A stretch of DNA of 64,000 nt, taken from assembly GCA_963776355.1 (NCBI GenBank), contig CAVZLU010000008.1, positions 1,218,679-1,282,678 on the forward strand, in the 5' to 3' direction. Below are positions 46,650-59,792 of this stretch, piece after piece. The DNA is from an uncultured Chloroflexia bacterium (GTDB lineage: Bacteria; Chloroflexota; Limnocylindria; Limnocylindrales; CSP1-4). The position numbers and the translations under genes were made by a program. Each line of letters starts with the position of its first letter. Position 1 is the first letter of the stretch. Under the pieces are notes generated by a model. The model was given only the letters and a program-made list of their open reading frames with translations, was not told where the DNA came from and did no database searches.

Positions 46650-47312
46650 CTACTGCCCCGCCGTCATCGAGCCCGCGAGAAGCTCCCCCACGACGGCCGC
46701 GATGGCTCGCCCGAGGGTCTCGTGCGCGCTCGCGTCGAGGTGGACACCATCCGCGGGATCGGCCGTGACCAGCGCGCCCGCATCCAGGAACGCTGCGCCC
46801 GACTGGGCCGCGGCCGCGCGGTAGAAGGTCGCCAGGCGCAGCGACGTCTCGCGGCCGGCCGCGTAGCCCCACAGCTCCGAGAGGGTCGTGAGGGTTCCGA
46901 GCGGCACCGGCGCGACGAGCAGCACGGCGGGGGGCATCCCGGCGGGCCCGGACAGGCTCTCCCGGGCCAGCTCGACCAGGCTGCCCGCGCCGGAGGCGAT
47001 CTCGGCGGACCCGAGGCGGTAATAGGCCTTGAGATCGTTCGTTCCCAGCATGATCACGACCACGGACACCGGGGCATGCGAGCGGAGGCACGGGAGCAGG
47101 TAGGCCCGCCCGTTGCGCCCGGCCCCGAATGGATCGTCCCAGATCGTCGTCCTGCCGCCGAGCCCCTCCTCGATGACGCGGGCGCGCCCGGCCAGGTCGC
47201 CGGCCACGACCCCCGGCCAGCGGACGTCGCCCGGGAAGCGCTCGAGCGTCGCCCCGTTGAAGCCGTGGGTGTTCGAATCGCCGAAACAGACCACGGTCGG
47301 CAGGTCAGCCAT
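46650..47312 (-). CDS. SGNH/GDSL hydrolase family protein
   Basis: N-terminal block I GDSNT (TVVCFGDSNTHG), block III GTND and C-terminal DGVHL. Confidence 0.8.
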   Translation of the reverse strand: MADLPTVVCFGDSNTHGFNGATLERFPGDVRWPGVVAGDLAGRARVIEEGLGGRTTIWDDPFGAGRNGRAYLLPCLRSHAPVSVVVIMLGTNDLKAYYRLGSAEIASGAGSLVELARESLSGPAGMPPAVLLVAPVPLGTLTTLSELWGYAAGRETSLRLATFYRAAAAQSGAAFLDAGALVTADPADGVHLDASAHETLGRAIAAVVGELLAGSMTAGQ

Positions 47313-47322
47313 GCGTCTCTCC

Positions 47323-48746
47323 TCAGCGTGCGATGCGCAGCTCGAGCCCGTCGACCGCGACCTCGACCCCGGCCGGCAGCCGGCGGGCGAGGACCCCGTG
47401 GCGCAGCTCGTGGTCCAGGTGGGTCAGGAAGGTACGGCGGGGTGCCAGCTCGGCCACCACCGCGAGCGCCTCCTCGACCGTCTGATGGCGGGGGTGGGGC
47501 ACGTCGCGAACCGCGTTCAGGACAAGCACGTCCAGGTCGCGCAGCAGGGCCAGCGACGGCGGCTCGATGCGATGGACGTCCGGCACGTACCCGAAGCCAC
47601 CGGTCCGGTAGCCGAGCGTGGGCAGGTCGCCATGGATGACCGGCACCGGGACGAAGCGCCGGCCGGCGATCTCGAAGGGCCCGGCCACCGTCACCGGTCG
47701 CAGCATCGGGATCCCGCGAAAGCGGGCCTGGCCGGGCTCGAAGGCATAGGCGAACCGGCGCAGCACGACGTCGAGCGTCTCCGCTCCCCCGTACACCGGC
47801 AGGTAGTCGGCGGCGATCTCGTTGAAGCGGCGAAGGTCGTCGAGCCCCCCGATCGAGTCCTGGTGGTCGTGGGTGAGCAGGACGGCATCGAGCCGGTCGA
47901 GGTCGGCGGCGAGGGCCTGGGCCCGGAAGTCCGGGCCGCAGTCGATCACGATCCGGCGGGCACCCCAGGCCAGGAGGGCCGAGGCGCGCAGGCGGCGATC
48001 GCGTGGATCGTCGGAGGTGCAGGTGGCGCAGTCGCAGGCGATGCGGGGCAGGCCCAGGCTGGTGCCCGAGCCGAGGATGCGCACGCGGAGCTCGCCGGCC
48101 TCGGACCCGGGGTCGCCCGGGTCGAAGCCCGGCTCGAGCCCGAGCGGCAGCTGGTCGCGGGCGATCGCCCGGGTCGTTCGCGCCGGCTCGGGAGCGGGCA
48201 GCGCCGACGAACCGTCAACGCCCTCGGGCGCGTCGGGCAGGCGGGCCGGCGCCTCGGACCGGATGCCTTCCCCCGGGCGGCGCACGACGACGGCCGGGCC
48301 ACCCGCAGCCACTCGGTCGAGAGCCTCGTTGGCCAGCGCGTCGGCGGCCCGGTTCTCGCTGCGCGGGACGTGGCGAGCGCTCCACCGCCGGAATCGGCCC
48401 AGGCGCGCCAGGGCCTCGGCGTGGAGCGGGGCCAGCTTGGCATCCTTCACCCGCCACCGTCCGCGAAGCTGCTCGACGATGAGCATCGAATCGAGGAGGA
48501 GCGACACCTCTTCCGCGCCGAGCTCCTCGGCCAGGGCGAGCGCCCGCAGGAGGCCCGTGTACTCGGCGACGTTGTTCGTCTGGCGCCCCAGCGCCTCGGA
48601 CACGGTCGCGATCGGCGGCGCGTCCGGGCGCTCGGCGCCGGGAGCGTCCGCGTCGATGAGCGCCGCGCCGCACGCCGCGGGCCCCGGATTGCCGCGCGCG
48701 GCGCCGTCCGTGCGGATGATGAGCCGCCGGGCGCCCCTGCCGCTCA
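47323..48746 (-). CDS. Fusion (or two overlapping genes) of an RNase H type 1 domain and an MBL-fold metallo-hydrolase (PhnP/ElaC-like)
   Basis: RNase H region ...IIRTDGAARGNPGPAACGAAL...NNVAEYTGLLRALALAEELGA..., then a Pro/Ala linker, then the MBL region ELRVRILGSGTSLGLP...LLTHDHQDSIGGLDDL... (HxHxDH). There is no internal stop and no ATG near the 5' end, so the start is uncertain (CTG/ATC region just after the sdhB stop). Confidence 0.6.
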
Positions 48747-49442
48747 GACGGAGCGCTCCACGATGGCCCGCGAGACCTCGAGGATGGCCCGCGTGATGTT
48801 GATGTCGCGCGGACACGCGTCGACGCAGTTGAAGATCGTCCGGCAGCGCCAGACCCCGTCCTTGTCGGCCAGGATCTCGAGGCGCTCGTCGGCGGCCTCG
48901 TCGCGGCTGTCGAAGATGAAGCGATGGGCATTGACGATCGCGGCCGGCCCCACGTAGGACGGCTGCGCCCAGAACGACGGGCAGGAGGTCGTGCAGGCGG
49001 CGCACAGGATGCATTTCGTCGTGTCGTCGTAGCGGGCCCGGTCCGCGGCACTCTGCAGGCGCTCTCGCGTTGGGGCCGGCGACTCGTTCACCAGGAAGGG
49101 CATGGCGCTCCGGTACTTGCCGAAGAACCCCTCCATGTCCACGACGAGATCCTTCACGACCGGCAGGCCCGCCAGGGGCGCGACGCTGATCTTGCGGCCC
49201 AGCTGATCGACCCGGATCTTGCAGGCGAGGCGATTGCGCCCGTTGATGAGCATCGCGTCCGAGCCGCAGATTCCGTGGCCGCAGGACCGCCGGAACGTGA
49301 GCGTCTCGTCGATCTCGGCCTTGACGAGGTGGAGGAGGCTGAGCACCCGGTCCATCGGCTGCGATTCGACCGCGTAGCGCTCCCAGTGGGGCGCGGCATC
49401 GCGCTCGGGATCGAAGCGGAGGATCCGGAGGTCGACCTGCAT
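48744..49442 (-). CDS. sdhB: Succinate dehydrogenase/fumarate reductase iron-sulfur subunit
   Basis: 232 aa with a 2Fe-2S cluster motif (CGHGICGSDAMLINGRNRLAC) and a 4Fe-4S/3Fe-4S region (CILCAACTTSCP, CRTIFNCVDACP). Confidence 0.9.
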   Translation of the reverse strand: MQVDLRILRFDPERDAAPHWERYAVESQPMDRVLSLLHLVKAEIDETLTFRRSCGHGICGSDAMLINGRNRLACKIRVDQLGRKISVAPLAGLPVVKDLVVDMEGFFGKYRSAMPFLVNESPAPTRERLQSAADRARYDDTTKCILCAACTTSCPSFWAQPSYVGPAAIVNAHRFIFDSRDEAADERLEILADKDGVWRCRTIFNCVDACPRDINITRAILEVSRAIVERSV

Positions 49443-49458
49443 GCGCTGCGCTCCCGGC

Positions 49459-51207
49459 TCAGTAGGTCCGCGGCTTCGGTTCGAAGCGGGTCACGGTCAC
49501 CGGCTTGTAACGGAGCTTCGGACCGGCCTCGCCCCTGTAGGCGAGCGTGTGCTTCAGCCAGTGGGCGTCGTCGCGCTCCGGGTAGTCGTCGCGCGAGTGG
49601 GCCCCACGGCTCTCGGTGCGGGCGAGCGCCGACGTTGCCATCGCCTCCGCGTTGTCGAGGAGGTAGCCGAGCTCCCGCGCCTCCAGGAGGTCGGTGTTGT
49701 AGACGGTCCCGGCGTCGCGGACCCGGACGCGCCCGTAGCGCTCGCGGATCTCGGCCACGCCCGCGACCGCCGCCCGCATCATCGGCTCGGTCCGGAAGAC
49801 GCCCACGTTGTCCATCATGAGGGTGGCCAGCTCGGCCTTGAGCGCGACGGGGCTCTCGCCCTCGCTGCGAGCGCGGAGCGTCTCGATCTCCGCGTGGACG
49901 GGAGCCTCGGCGTCGGCGGCGACCGCGGGCATCTCGGTGGCCCGGCAGTAGGCCGCCATCGCCAGGCCGGCCCGCCGACCGAACACGAGGAGGTCGACGA
50001 GCGAGTTCGTGCCGAGGCGGTTGGCCCCGTGCACGGAGACGCAGGCGGCCTCGCCGGCCGCGAAGAGGCCCGCGACCGCATTGTTGCGCTCGTCGCGGAT
50101 GACGCGGGTCTGCAGGTCGGTCGGCACGCCGCCCATCGCGTAATGGGCCGTGGGCTGCGTCGGGACCGGCTCGGTCAGCGGCTCGACCCCGAGGTAGACC
50201 CGGGCGAAGTCGGTGATGTCGGGGAGCTTCTCCTCGATGACCTGGCGCCCGAGATGGCGGACGTCCAGGAGCACGTAGTCGCCGTTCGGGCCGGCCCCCT
50301 TGCCGGCCTTGACCTCGAGATAGATCGCCCGGCTGACCATGTCGCGCGGGGCCAGCTCCATGAGGTTCGGCGCGTACCGGCTCATGAACCGCTCGCCGTC
50401 CTTGTTCAGGAGGTAGCCGCCCTCGCCGCGGGCCGCCTCCGAGAGGAGGATGCCCAGCCCGTAGATGCCGGTCGGGTGGAACTGGTAGAACTCCATGTCC
50501 TGGAGCGGGATCCCGTGGCGGTAGGCGAGGGCCATGCCATCCCCGGTCAGGGAGTAGGCATTCGAGGTGATCCGGAACATCCGGCCGTTGCCGCCCGTCG
50601 CCAGCAGGACGGCCTTGGCCCGGAAGGTGTGCAGCTCGCCGTCGGCGATCCGGTAGCCGATCACGCCGGCCGCGCGCCCGCCGTCGCCACCATCGCCGCC
50701 CTCGAAGAGCAGGTCGACGACGTGGTACTCGTCGTAGAACCTCACCCCGGCCTTGATGCAGTTCTGGTACAGGGTCTGCAGGATCATGTGGCCGGTGCGG
50801 TCGGCGGCGAAGCAGGCGCGCTTGACGGGCCCCTCCCCGAAGTTGCGGGTGTGGCCGCCGAACCGGCGCTGGTCGATCTTCCCCTCGGGCGTGCGGTTGA
50901 AGGGCAGGCCCATGTGCTCGAGCTCGATGACGGTCTCGATCGCCTCGCGGGCCAGGACCTCGGCGGCGTCCTGGTCGACGAGGTAGTCGCCGCCCTTCAC
51001 CGTGTCGAACATGTGCCACTCCCAGTGGTCCTCCTCGAGGTTCCCCAGGGAGGCGCAGACGCCGCCCTGGGCGGCACCCGTGTGGGAGCGGGTCGGATAG
51101 AGCTTGGTCAGGACGCCCGTGGAGACGCCGGCCTTGGCGAGCTCGAGGGCCGCCCACAGGCCGGCGCCGCCGGCGCCGACGACGAGGGCCTCGTGATCGA
51201 TCTGCAT
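49459..51207 (-). CDS. sdhA: Succinate dehydrogenase flavoprotein subunit
   Basis: 582 aa. N-terminal FAD motif VVGAGGAGLWAALELA and ...RSHTGAAQGG... Confidence 0.9.
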   Translation of the reverse strand: MQIDHEALVVGAGGAGLWAALELAKAGVSTGVLTKLYPTRSHTGAAQGGVCASLGNLEEDHWEWHMFDTVKGGDYLVDQDAAEVLAREAIETVIELEHMGLPFNRTPEGKIDQRRFGGHTRNFGEGPVKRACFAADRTGHMILQTLYQNCIKAGVRFYDEYHVVDLLFEGGDGGDGGRAAGVIGYRIADGELHTFRAKAVLLATGGNGRMFRITSNAYSLTGDGMALAYRHGIPLQDMEFYQFHPTGIYGLGILLSEAARGEGGYLLNKDGERFMSRYAPNLMELAPRDMVSRAIYLEVKAGKGAGPNGDYVLLDVRHLGRQVIEEKLPDITDFARVYLGVEPLTEPVPTQPTAHYAMGGVPTDLQTRVIRDERNNAVAGLFAAGEAACVSVHGANRLGTNSLVDLLVFGRRAGLAMAAYCRATEMPAVAADAEAPVHAEIETLRARSEGESPVALKAELATLMMDNVGVFRTEPMMRAAVAGVAEIRERYGRVRVRDAGTVYNTDLLEARELGYLLDNAEAMATSALARTESRGAHSRDDYPERDDAHWLKHTLAYRGEAGPKLRYKPVTVTRFEPKPRTY

Positions 51208-51214
51208 CGCCGGC

Positions 51215-51613
51215 CTACGAGACCGGGAACGGGAGGACGGCGACGGCCATCGTCCCCATCGCGAAGAGGACCAGGGCCAGCAGGTAGAGGCCCATCGTCA
51301 GCCCGCTGCGGAGGCCGCCGCGGGTGTAGTCGCCGACGACCGTCCGCACGCCCATGAAGCTGTGGAAGATGACGAGCGTGAGCATCAGCCAGTCCACGGT
51401 CCGCCACAGGAGGCTGCTCCAGCGCGCGTCGAGGATCCAGCTCGCCTCCTGCTTGGTCACGTCGAACACGAAGTGGGTGATGCTGAAGTGGGCCAGGGCG
51501 AGCACGAAGAGCCCGAGGCCCGAGAGCCGGATCAGGTACCAGATCGCGAGCTCCCAGCCGCCGCCTCCGGGCTTCGCCCGTCCGGACCGGGTGGTCCGCA
51601 CGCCCCCGCTCAT
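51215..51613 (-). CDS. sdhD: Succinate dehydrogenase hydrophobic membrane anchor subunit
   Basis: 132 aa from the internal ATG, which overlaps the sdhC stop (ATGA). Three TM segments with His (...LALAHFSITHFVFD...). Confidence 0.7.
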   Translation of the reverse strand: MSGGVRTTRSGRAKPGGGGWELAIWYLIRLSGLGLFVLALAHFSITHFVFDVTKQEASWILDARWSSLLWRTVDWLMLTLVIFHSFMGVRTVVGDYTRGGLRSGLTMGLYLLALVLFAMGTMAVAVLPFPVS

Positions 51614-51984
51614 ACCGGCGCCCCGTTCCAGATCGGGTTCAGGATGATGTAGGCGCCGGGAATCCCGACGACGAAGAAGATCACCCAGCAGGCGTACCAG
51701 AGCTGCTTGTGCCAGACGGTCGTCGACGGCCAGAAGTCCATGACGATGATCCGCAGGCCGTTGAGGGCGTGATACAGGAGCCCCGCGCCCACCAGCGTCT
51801 CGCCGAGCCGTCCGACCGGGCTGGCGTAGAGCTTGAGGACGTCGTTGTAGAGGCCGGGGTTGGCGCCGACGAGCCAGATGTCGAGGACGTGGAGGAGGAT
51901 GAAGACCCAGATCGCGACGCCCGAGATGCGGTGGAAGGCCCACGCCAGCATTCCCTCGCCACCGCGGTACTGCAGGTATCGCAC
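51610..51984 (-). CDS. sdhC: Succinate dehydrogenase cytochrome b subunit
   Basis: ...[35 protein letters not shown]... A GTG start at 51984, or possibly an upstream GTG ~21 codons earlier. The start is uncertain. Confidence 0.65.
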   Translation of the reverse strand: MRYLQYRGGEGMLAWAFHRISGVAIWVFILLHVLDIWLVGANPGLYNDVLKLYASPVGRLGETLVGAGLLYHALNGLRIIVMDFWPSTTVWHKQLWYACWVIFFVVGIPGAYIILNPIWNGAPV

Positions 51985-52312
51985 CGGGAGACTCGCCTCC
52001 TGGCCGGCGCGCCCCGCGGGCGCCGGCGGTTGTCCGCTGCGCGGCACGCCCGCACCGGGGCGGCGCCGCCGTTCCTCTGTCGCCGTCGGGCTCGACCGGC
52101 GAGTGCCCAATTGTAGCCGCCGGTGCTCCGGCCGGGCGGGCCCTCCGGCCTCCGGGCCACGGGCCGAACCGCCTGCCGGCGACCCCTCGACGGGACGTCC
52201 CGGCGGCGCGGTACCATCGTCCGCGGCCCGCGGCCAGCCGCCCGACCAGCCGGCGGCCTCCGTCGCCCGGCTTGCGGGCCCTCCGCGCCACGACCCGCCA
52301 CAGGAGCCGCCC

Positions 52313-53494
52313 GTGAAGATCCAGGAAGCCGACGCCAAGACGCTGCTCCTCGCGGCCGGGCTGCCCGTCCCGCCCTGGGCGGTGGCCCGGACCCCGGCCG
52401 AGGCGCGGGCCGCCGCCGAGCGGTTCCTCGCGGACGGCGCCGGCCGCGTGGTGATCAAGGCCCAGGTGCTCGTCGGCGGCCGCGGCAAGGCCGGCGGCGT
52501 CAAGCTGGCCGGCTCGCCGCGGGAGGCGGAGGAGGTCGCGTCCCGGATCCTGGGCATGGACATCAAGGGGATCACGGTCCGCAAGGTCCTCGTCGGCCCG
52601 GCGGCCGTGATCGTGAAGGAGTTCTATCTCGGGGCCATCCTGGACCGGGCGAGCCGGCGGATCGTCGTCATGGCCTCGGCCGAGGGCGGCGTCGAGATCG
52701 AGGAGGTCGCGAAGGCGACGCCGGAGGCGATCCACCGAGTCGCGGCCCACCCGCTCCTGGGCCTGCTCGACTACCAGGCGCGCGAGCTGGCGTTCGCCGT
52801 CGGCCTGGCCGGGCCGCACCTGCGGGACTTCGTGAAGATCGCCCGGGGCCTGGTGGCGACCATGAAGGTCAACGACGCCGATCTCGTCGAGGTCAACCCG
52901 CTGGCGATCATCCGCGAGAGCGGCCGCGAGGGCCACGTGGAGCGCCTCGCCTGCCTCGACGCCAAGGTGACCCTGGACGACTCGGCCCTCCCCCGCCATC
53001 CCGACCTCGAGAAGCTGCGTGACCTCGACGAGGAGGATCCGGCGGACTCCGAGGCCCGCCACTACGACATCAGCTTCATCCACCTCGACGGATCGATCGG
53101 CTGCATGGTCAACGGCGCGGGCCTGGCGATGACCACCATGGACCTCGTCAAGCGGGCCGGTGGCGAGCCCGCCAACTTCCTCGACATCGGCGGCGGGGCC
53201 AAGGCCGACCGGGTGGCGGCGGCGATGCGCCTGATCCTCGCCGACCCGAAGGTCGAGGCGATCCTCGTCAACATCTTCGGCGGCATCACCCGTGGCGACG
53301 AGGTGGCCCGCGGGCTCATCGACGCCCGCAGCCGCCAGGAGCGGGAGGTGCCGATGGTCGTGCGGATCGTGGGCACGAATGCCGAGGAGGCCGGGCGGCT
53401 CCTTGAGGAGGCGCGCTTCGAGACGGCCGCGTCCCTCGACGAGGCGGCGGCCAAGGCCGTTGCGGCCGCGCGGGCCGCCGGAGGTGCCGCGTGA
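52313..53494 (+). CDS. sucC: Succinyl-CoA synthetase (ADP/GDP-forming) beta subunit
   Basis: The GTG at 52313 follows [25 protein letters not shown]... ATP-grasp N-domain and CoA-ligase C-domain. Confidence 0.9.
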   Translation: MKIQEADAKTLLLAAGLPVPPWAVARTPAEARAAAERFLADGAGRVVIKAQVLVGGRGKAGGVKLAGSPREAEEVASRILGMDIKGITVRKVLVGPAAVIVKEFYLGAILDRASRRIVVMASAEGGVEIEEVAKATPEAIHRVAAHPLLGLLDYQARELAFAVGLAGPHLRDFVKIARGLVATMKVNDADLVEVNPLAIIRESGREGHVERLACLDAKVTLDDSALPRHPDLEKLRDLDEEDPADSEARHYDISFIHLDGSIGCMVNGAGLAMTTMDLVKRAGGEPANFLDIGGGAKADRVAAAMRLILADPKVEAILVNIFGGITRGDEVARGLIDARSRQEREVPMVVRIVGTNAEEAGRLLEEARFETAASLDEAAAKAVAAARAAGGAA

Positions 53495-54375
53495 GCATCC
53501 TCATCGGCCGCGACACGCGGCTCGTCGTGCACGGCATCACCGGCCGCGAGGGCGAGTTCCACTCCCGCCAGATGCTCGAGTACGGCACCAGCATCGTGGC
53601 CGGCATGACGCCCGGCAAGGGCGGGCTGCACGCCCTCGACAACCGGGTCCCCGTCTTCGACACGATCGCCGAGGCGGTCGCCGAGACCGGAGCCAACACG
53701 TCCTGCATCTTCGTGCCCGCGGCCGGGGCGCCCGACTCGATCATGGAGGCGGTCGGCGCGGGCCTCTCGACGATCTTCTGCATCACCGAGGGGATCCCGG
53801 CCCTCGACATGCTGCCCGTCGTCGAGGTGGTGCGGGCCGCGGGCGCGCGCCTCATCGGGCCGAACTGTCCCGGCGCCACGTCACCGGGCCGGGCCAAGGT
53901 CGGGATCATCCCGGGCTCGATCCATCGCGAGGGAACGGTCGGCGTCGTCTCCCGCTCCGGCACCCTCACCTACGAGGCGGTGCAGGCGATGACGGACGCC
54001 GGGATCGGCCAGAGCACCTGCGTCGGCATCGGCGGCGATCCGATCATCGGCACGACCTTCCTCGACATCCTCAAGCTGTTCGCGGCCGATCCCGAGACCG
54101 AGGCGATCGTCCTCATCGGCGAGATCGGCGGAGCGGCGGAGGAGGAGGCGGCCGCCTGGGCGGCGGAGAACCTGAAAGGGGTGCCGATGGCCGCGTTCAT
54201 CGCCGGCCGTACGGCGCCCGAGGGGAAGCGCATGGGCCACGCCGGGGCGATCATCTCCGGCGGCCGCGGAACGGCGGCGGAGAAGGTGGCGGCCCTCGAG
54301 GCAGCCGGCATCCGGGTCGCCACGTCGCCGACCGAGCTCCCGGCCCTGCTGCGCGAGGCGGGCTACCGGGGATGA
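53491..54375 (+). CDS. sucD: Succinyl-CoA synthetase alpha subunit
   Basis: [45 protein letters not shown]... The start overlaps the sucC stop (GTGA). Confidence 0.9.
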   Translation: MSILIGRDTRLVVHGITGREGEFHSRQMLEYGTSIVAGMTPGKGGLHALDNRVPVFDTIAEAVAETGANTSCIFVPAAGAPDSIMEAVGAGLSTIFCITEGIPALDMLPVVEVVRAAGARLIGPNCPGATSPGRAKVGIIPGSIHREGTVGVVSRSGTLTYEAVQAMTDAGIGQSTCVGIGGDPIIGTTFLDILKLFAADPETEAIVLIGEIGGAAEEEAAAWAAENLKGVPMAAFIAGRTAPEGKRMGHAGAIISGGRGTAAEKVAALEAAGIRVATSPTELPALLREAGYRG

Positions 54376-55268
54376 GCGGCAGCGGGTCGGACGGCCCCGA
54401 GACCCCGGCGGGTCCCGGGCAGCCGCCGGGTGCCGCCGCCGATCGCACGGGCCGGGCGATCCGCGACAACAACCTCCTGTGGGACGAGTGGACGGCGATC
54501 CATGCCGCCTCGTCCTTCTATGACCTCGACGGCTTCAGGCGCGGCGGCGTCCGGCTCGCCGAGTACGAGATCGCCGAGATCGGCGACGTCGCGGGCCGGG
54601 ACCTGCTCCACCTGCAGTGCCACTTCGGTATCGACACGCTGTCGTGGGCCCGGCTCGGGGCGCGGGTCACCGGGGTCGACTTCAGCATGGCCGGGATCGC
54701 GCTCGCCCGCTCGCTGGCACGCGAGCTCGGCTTTGCCGAGGCCCGCTTCGTACGCTCCGAGATCTACGACCTGCCGGCGGTCCTCGAGGGCGACTTCGAC
54801 GTCGTCTACACCTCGCGCGGCGCGCTCAACTGGCTGCCCGACGTACGGCGCTGGGCAGAGGTCGTGGCCCGTTTCGTCCGGCCGGGCGGCACCTTCTACA
54901 TCACCGAGCTCCATCCCGTCGCCAACGTGTTCGAGAACGAGGGCGTCGCGCCGGGCGAGCTGCGGCTGGCCTACCCGTACTGGGAGCACGCCGAGCCTCT
55001 GACGTTCCCCGTCCACGGCACGTACGCGGACCCGGCGGCCGAGGTGGCGGCTGCGGTCGAGCACGGCTGGGACCATGGCCTCGGCGAGATCGTGACCGCG
55101 CTCATCGGGGCCGGGCTCCGGATCGAGAGCCTCCGCGAGTACCCCTTCTCCGCCTGGAAGCTCGACTTCCTGGTCAGGGGCCCGGACGGCCGCTACCGGC
55201 TGCCTGCCGACACGCCGGGCGAGCTGCCGCTGTTCTTCTCCCTGCGGGCGACGAAACCCGCACGCTGA
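54372..55268 (+). CDS. Class I SAM-dependent methyltransferase
   Basis: The ATG overlaps the sucD stop (ATGA). Rossmann motif I-like region ([30 protein letters not shown]) and ...[11 protein letters not shown]... Confidence 0.7.
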   Translation: MSGSGSDGPETPAGPGQPPGAAADRTGRAIRDNNLLWDEWTAIHAASSFYDLDGFRRGGVRLAEYEIAEIGDVAGRDLLHLQCHFGIDTLSWARLGARVTGVDFSMAGIALARSLARELGFAEARFVRSEIYDLPAVLEGDFDVVYTSRGALNWLPDVRRWAEVVARFVRPGGTFYITELHPVANVFENEGVAPGELRLAYPYWEHAEPLTFPVHGTYADPAAEVAAAVEHGWDHGLGEIVTALIGAGLRIESLREYPFSAWKLDFLVRGPDGRYRLPADTPGELPLFFSLRATKPAR

Positions 55269-55280
55269 CGAGCGCGCTCC

Positions 55281-55766
55281 CTACGTCCCCGGCGCCCGGA
55301 AGCCGTGGGGATAGAGCGAGGCCCAGGCCGGACCGCCGGCCGCCTCGATGAGCTCGACCAGCATGCCGTGGCAGCTGCGCGGATGGAGGAAGGCGACCGG
55401 CCCCTCCGCTCCCGGGCGGGGAGCCGTGTCGATCAGCTCCACGGAGTCGAGGCCCAACCGAGTCAGAGCGGCGGAGATGTCCGGCACCTCGAAGCACACG
55501 TGGTGGAATCCCTCGCCCCGCGAGGCCAGGAAGCGGGCGACGCCGGTCGTCTCGTCGGTCGGCTCGACGAGCTCGACCTTCACCTCGCCGACCGGCAGGA
55601 AGGCGATCTTCACGCGGTCCGCGGGAATGGGAACGACCGGGCCGGCCGCCAGGCCGAGGGTGTCCCGGTAGAAGGCGAGGGCGGCGTCGAGCGAGCGCAC
55701 GACGACGGCGACGTGGTGGACGCGGCCCACGCTGCGGATATGGGTTGGCACGGCCCGGGTGGTCAT
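55281..55766 (-). CDS. mce: Methylmalonyl-CoA epimerase (VOC/glyoxalase family)
   Basis: 161 aa. ...VGRVHHVAVVVRSLDAALAFYRDTLGL...GFHHVCFEVPDISAAL... The ATG follows GGGGAGG. Confidence 0.8.
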   Translation of the reverse strand: MTTRAVPTHIRSVGRVHHVAVVVRSLDAALAFYRDTLGLAAGPVVPIPADRVKIAFLPVGEVKVELVEPTDETTGVARFLASRGEGFHHVCFEVPDISAALTRLGLDSVELIDTAPRPGAEGPVAFLHPRSCHGMLVELIEAAGGPAWASLYPHGFRAPGT

Positions 55767-55788
55767 CGGTCGCCTCCCCTGCGATCGG

Positions 55789-57478
55789 TCATACGGTCAC
55801 CAGCTCGCGATGCTCGCCCCACGCTGCCCGCAGGACGTTCGAGATCTCGCCGACCGTGGCGTAGGCCTTGACTGCCTCCACGAGGGCGGGCATGAGGTTC
55901 TCGTCCCCGCGGGCGCCCTCGTCGACCCGGCGGAGCGCCGCTGCCCAGGCGGCGGGATCGCGCCCCGCCCGGACACGCCCGAGGGCCTCGATCTGCCGTC
56001 GCTCGCCCTCGGGATCGATGCGCAGGGTTGCCGGCGTGCGCACCTCCTCGTCGCGGAAAGCGTTGATGCCGACGACGACATGGTCACCGGTCTCGATCGC
56101 CCGCTGCACCCTGTACGCCGCCTCCTGGATCTGGCGCTGCTGGAAGCCCCCTTCGATGGCGGCGAGCGTACCGCCCATGGCCTCGATCTCGTCGAGCAGG
56201 CCCTGGGCGCGCGCCTCCAGCTCGTTGGTGAGGGTCTCCACGAAGTAGCTCCCGGCAAGGGGATCGGGCGTCTCGGTGACACCGGCTTCGTGGGCCAGGA
56301 TCTGCTGGGTGCGGAGCGCGAGCCGGGCGGCCTCGGCGGTCGGCAGCGCGAGCGCCTCGTCGCGGCTGTTCGTATGGAGGCTCTGGGCGCCGCCGAGCAC
56401 GGCCGCGAGAGCCTGGACCGTGGTCCGAACCACGTTGTTGTCGATCGACTGGGCGGTCAGGGAGCTGCCTGCCGTCTGGACGTGGAAGCGGCACATCATG
56501 GAGCGGGGATCGGCAGCGCCGAATCGGTCGCGGACGATGCGTGCCCAGAGCCGGCGAGCCGCCCGGAACTTGGCCACCTCCTCGAAGAGCTCGCTCCAGG
56601 CGGCGAAGAAGAACGACAGGCGGCCCGCGAACTGCGTCGACGTCGAGCCCGCGGGCCACGGCGGCCTCGACGTAGGCGATCGCGTCGGCCATCGTGAACG
56701 CCAGCTCCTGGGCCGCGGTCGCCCCGGCCTCGCGCATGTGGTAGCCGCTGATGCTGATGGTGTTCCAGCGCGGCAGCTCCTGGGCGCAGAACTCGAAGAT
56801 GTCGGTCACCAGGCGCATCGACGGGCGAGGCGGGTAGATGTACGTGCCGCGGGCGATGTACTCCTTCAGGATGTCGTTCTGGGTGGTCCCCGACACCCGG
56901 ACCCGGGGCACGCCCTGGCCCTCGGCGGCCGCCACGTAGAGAGCGAGCAGGATGGCGGCCGTGGCGTTGATCGTCATCGAGGTGCTGACGTCGCCGAGCG
57001 GGATCCCGTCGAAGAGGATCTCCATGTCGGCGAGCGAGCAGACGGGAACGCCGACCCGGCCCACCTCGCCCTCGGCCTCCGGCGCGTCGCTGTCGTAGCC
57101 CATCTGGGTGGGCAGGTCGAAGGCCACCGAGAGCCCGGTCTGGCCCTGCTGCAGGAGATAGCGGAAACGCTCGTTCGTCTCCGACGCCGTCGCGAAGCCC
57201 GCGTACTGGCGCATCGTCCAGAAGCGCCCGCGGTACATCGTGGGCTGCACGCCCCGGGTGAAGGGGTACTCGCCCGGCCGGCCGAGGTCCCGCTCCTCCT
57301 CGAGGCTGGCCACGTCGGCCGGGGTGTACAGATCGGCCACCTCGATGTCCGAGGAGGTCCGGAACGCTGCCCGGCGCTCGGGCGTCGCCGCCACGGCCCT
57401 GGCCCGCGCGCCGGCGCGCCATCGCGCGCGACCGGGATCGTCCGGGGGCGGAGCGGCGGGCTGGGGATCGTCGGCCAT
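55789..57478 (-). CDS. Methylmalonyl-CoA mutase large (catalytic) subunit, with an apparent 1 nt frameshift near 56633; the B12-binding subunit is not in the window
   Basis: The N-terminal frame ([15 protein letters not shown]...[13 protein letters not shown]...[61 protein letters not shown]...) and the C-terminal frame (...[33 protein letters not shown]...[16 protein letters not shown]...) join if one nucleotide is removed. Confidence 0.8.
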
Positions 57479-57495
57479 CGCGGGCTCCCGGCTGG

Positions 57496-58178
57496 TCAGT
57501 GGATGACGACCAGGAGGTCGCCAATCTCGATCGTATCGCCCTCGGCCACACCCACGCGCTCCACACTGCCCTCGCGCGGTGCGCGGAGCTCGTTCTGCAT
57601 CTTCATCGCCTCGACGACGAGGACCTGCTGGCCGGCCTCGACGTCGTCGCCCGCGCGAACCATCACGGCGACGACACGGCCCGGGATGATCGCCCGGATC
57701 TCGACCGGGCCACCCAGGGAGGCGACCCCGGCGCTGCGCCGCGCCCGCTCGCGGAGGAGGGCGCGTCGCTCGGGCTCCACCTCGACCTCGAACCGCCACC
57801 CCTCGACGACGACCTCGCGGACCTCCAACCCTCGCTGACGATCCCGCCGCACCGGGCCGAACTGAACGTCCGTTCGACGGAGGACGCCCCCATCGGCCTG
57901 TTCAAGGCGACCCCGGACGTCGCCGAACCGGCGCAGGCGGGCCGCCGTGGGGACCCCGTCGACGAGCGGGTCCTCGTCGGCGCCGGCCCCGGACGAGCCA
58001 GGGCGGAGGGATGGATCCTGGGGCGGGGCAAGGCTGAACCCCGGGTCCCCCTCGAGGCGCGTCGACGGCGCGACCCCCACCCGAATGGCGCGCGGATCAT
58101 CGTCGGGGCCCGGCGCCGGAGGCTCCCCTCGCCCGGTGGGCCCGGCGATCATCGCCGGCGCCTGGTGGCGGGACGAGC

Positions 58179-58182
<4 letters not shown>
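57496..58182 (-). CDS. Biotin carboxyl carrier protein (biotinyl domain at the C-terminus)
   Basis: C-terminus ...[67 protein letters not shown], with the EAMKM biotinylation motif. The ATG overlaps the stop of the upstream carboxylase. Confidence 0.75.
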
Positions 58183-59756
<1,574 letters not shown>

Positions 59757-59792
59757 CCAGTGCCTCCGCGCCGGGCAGTTCCGCGGGCGTGG

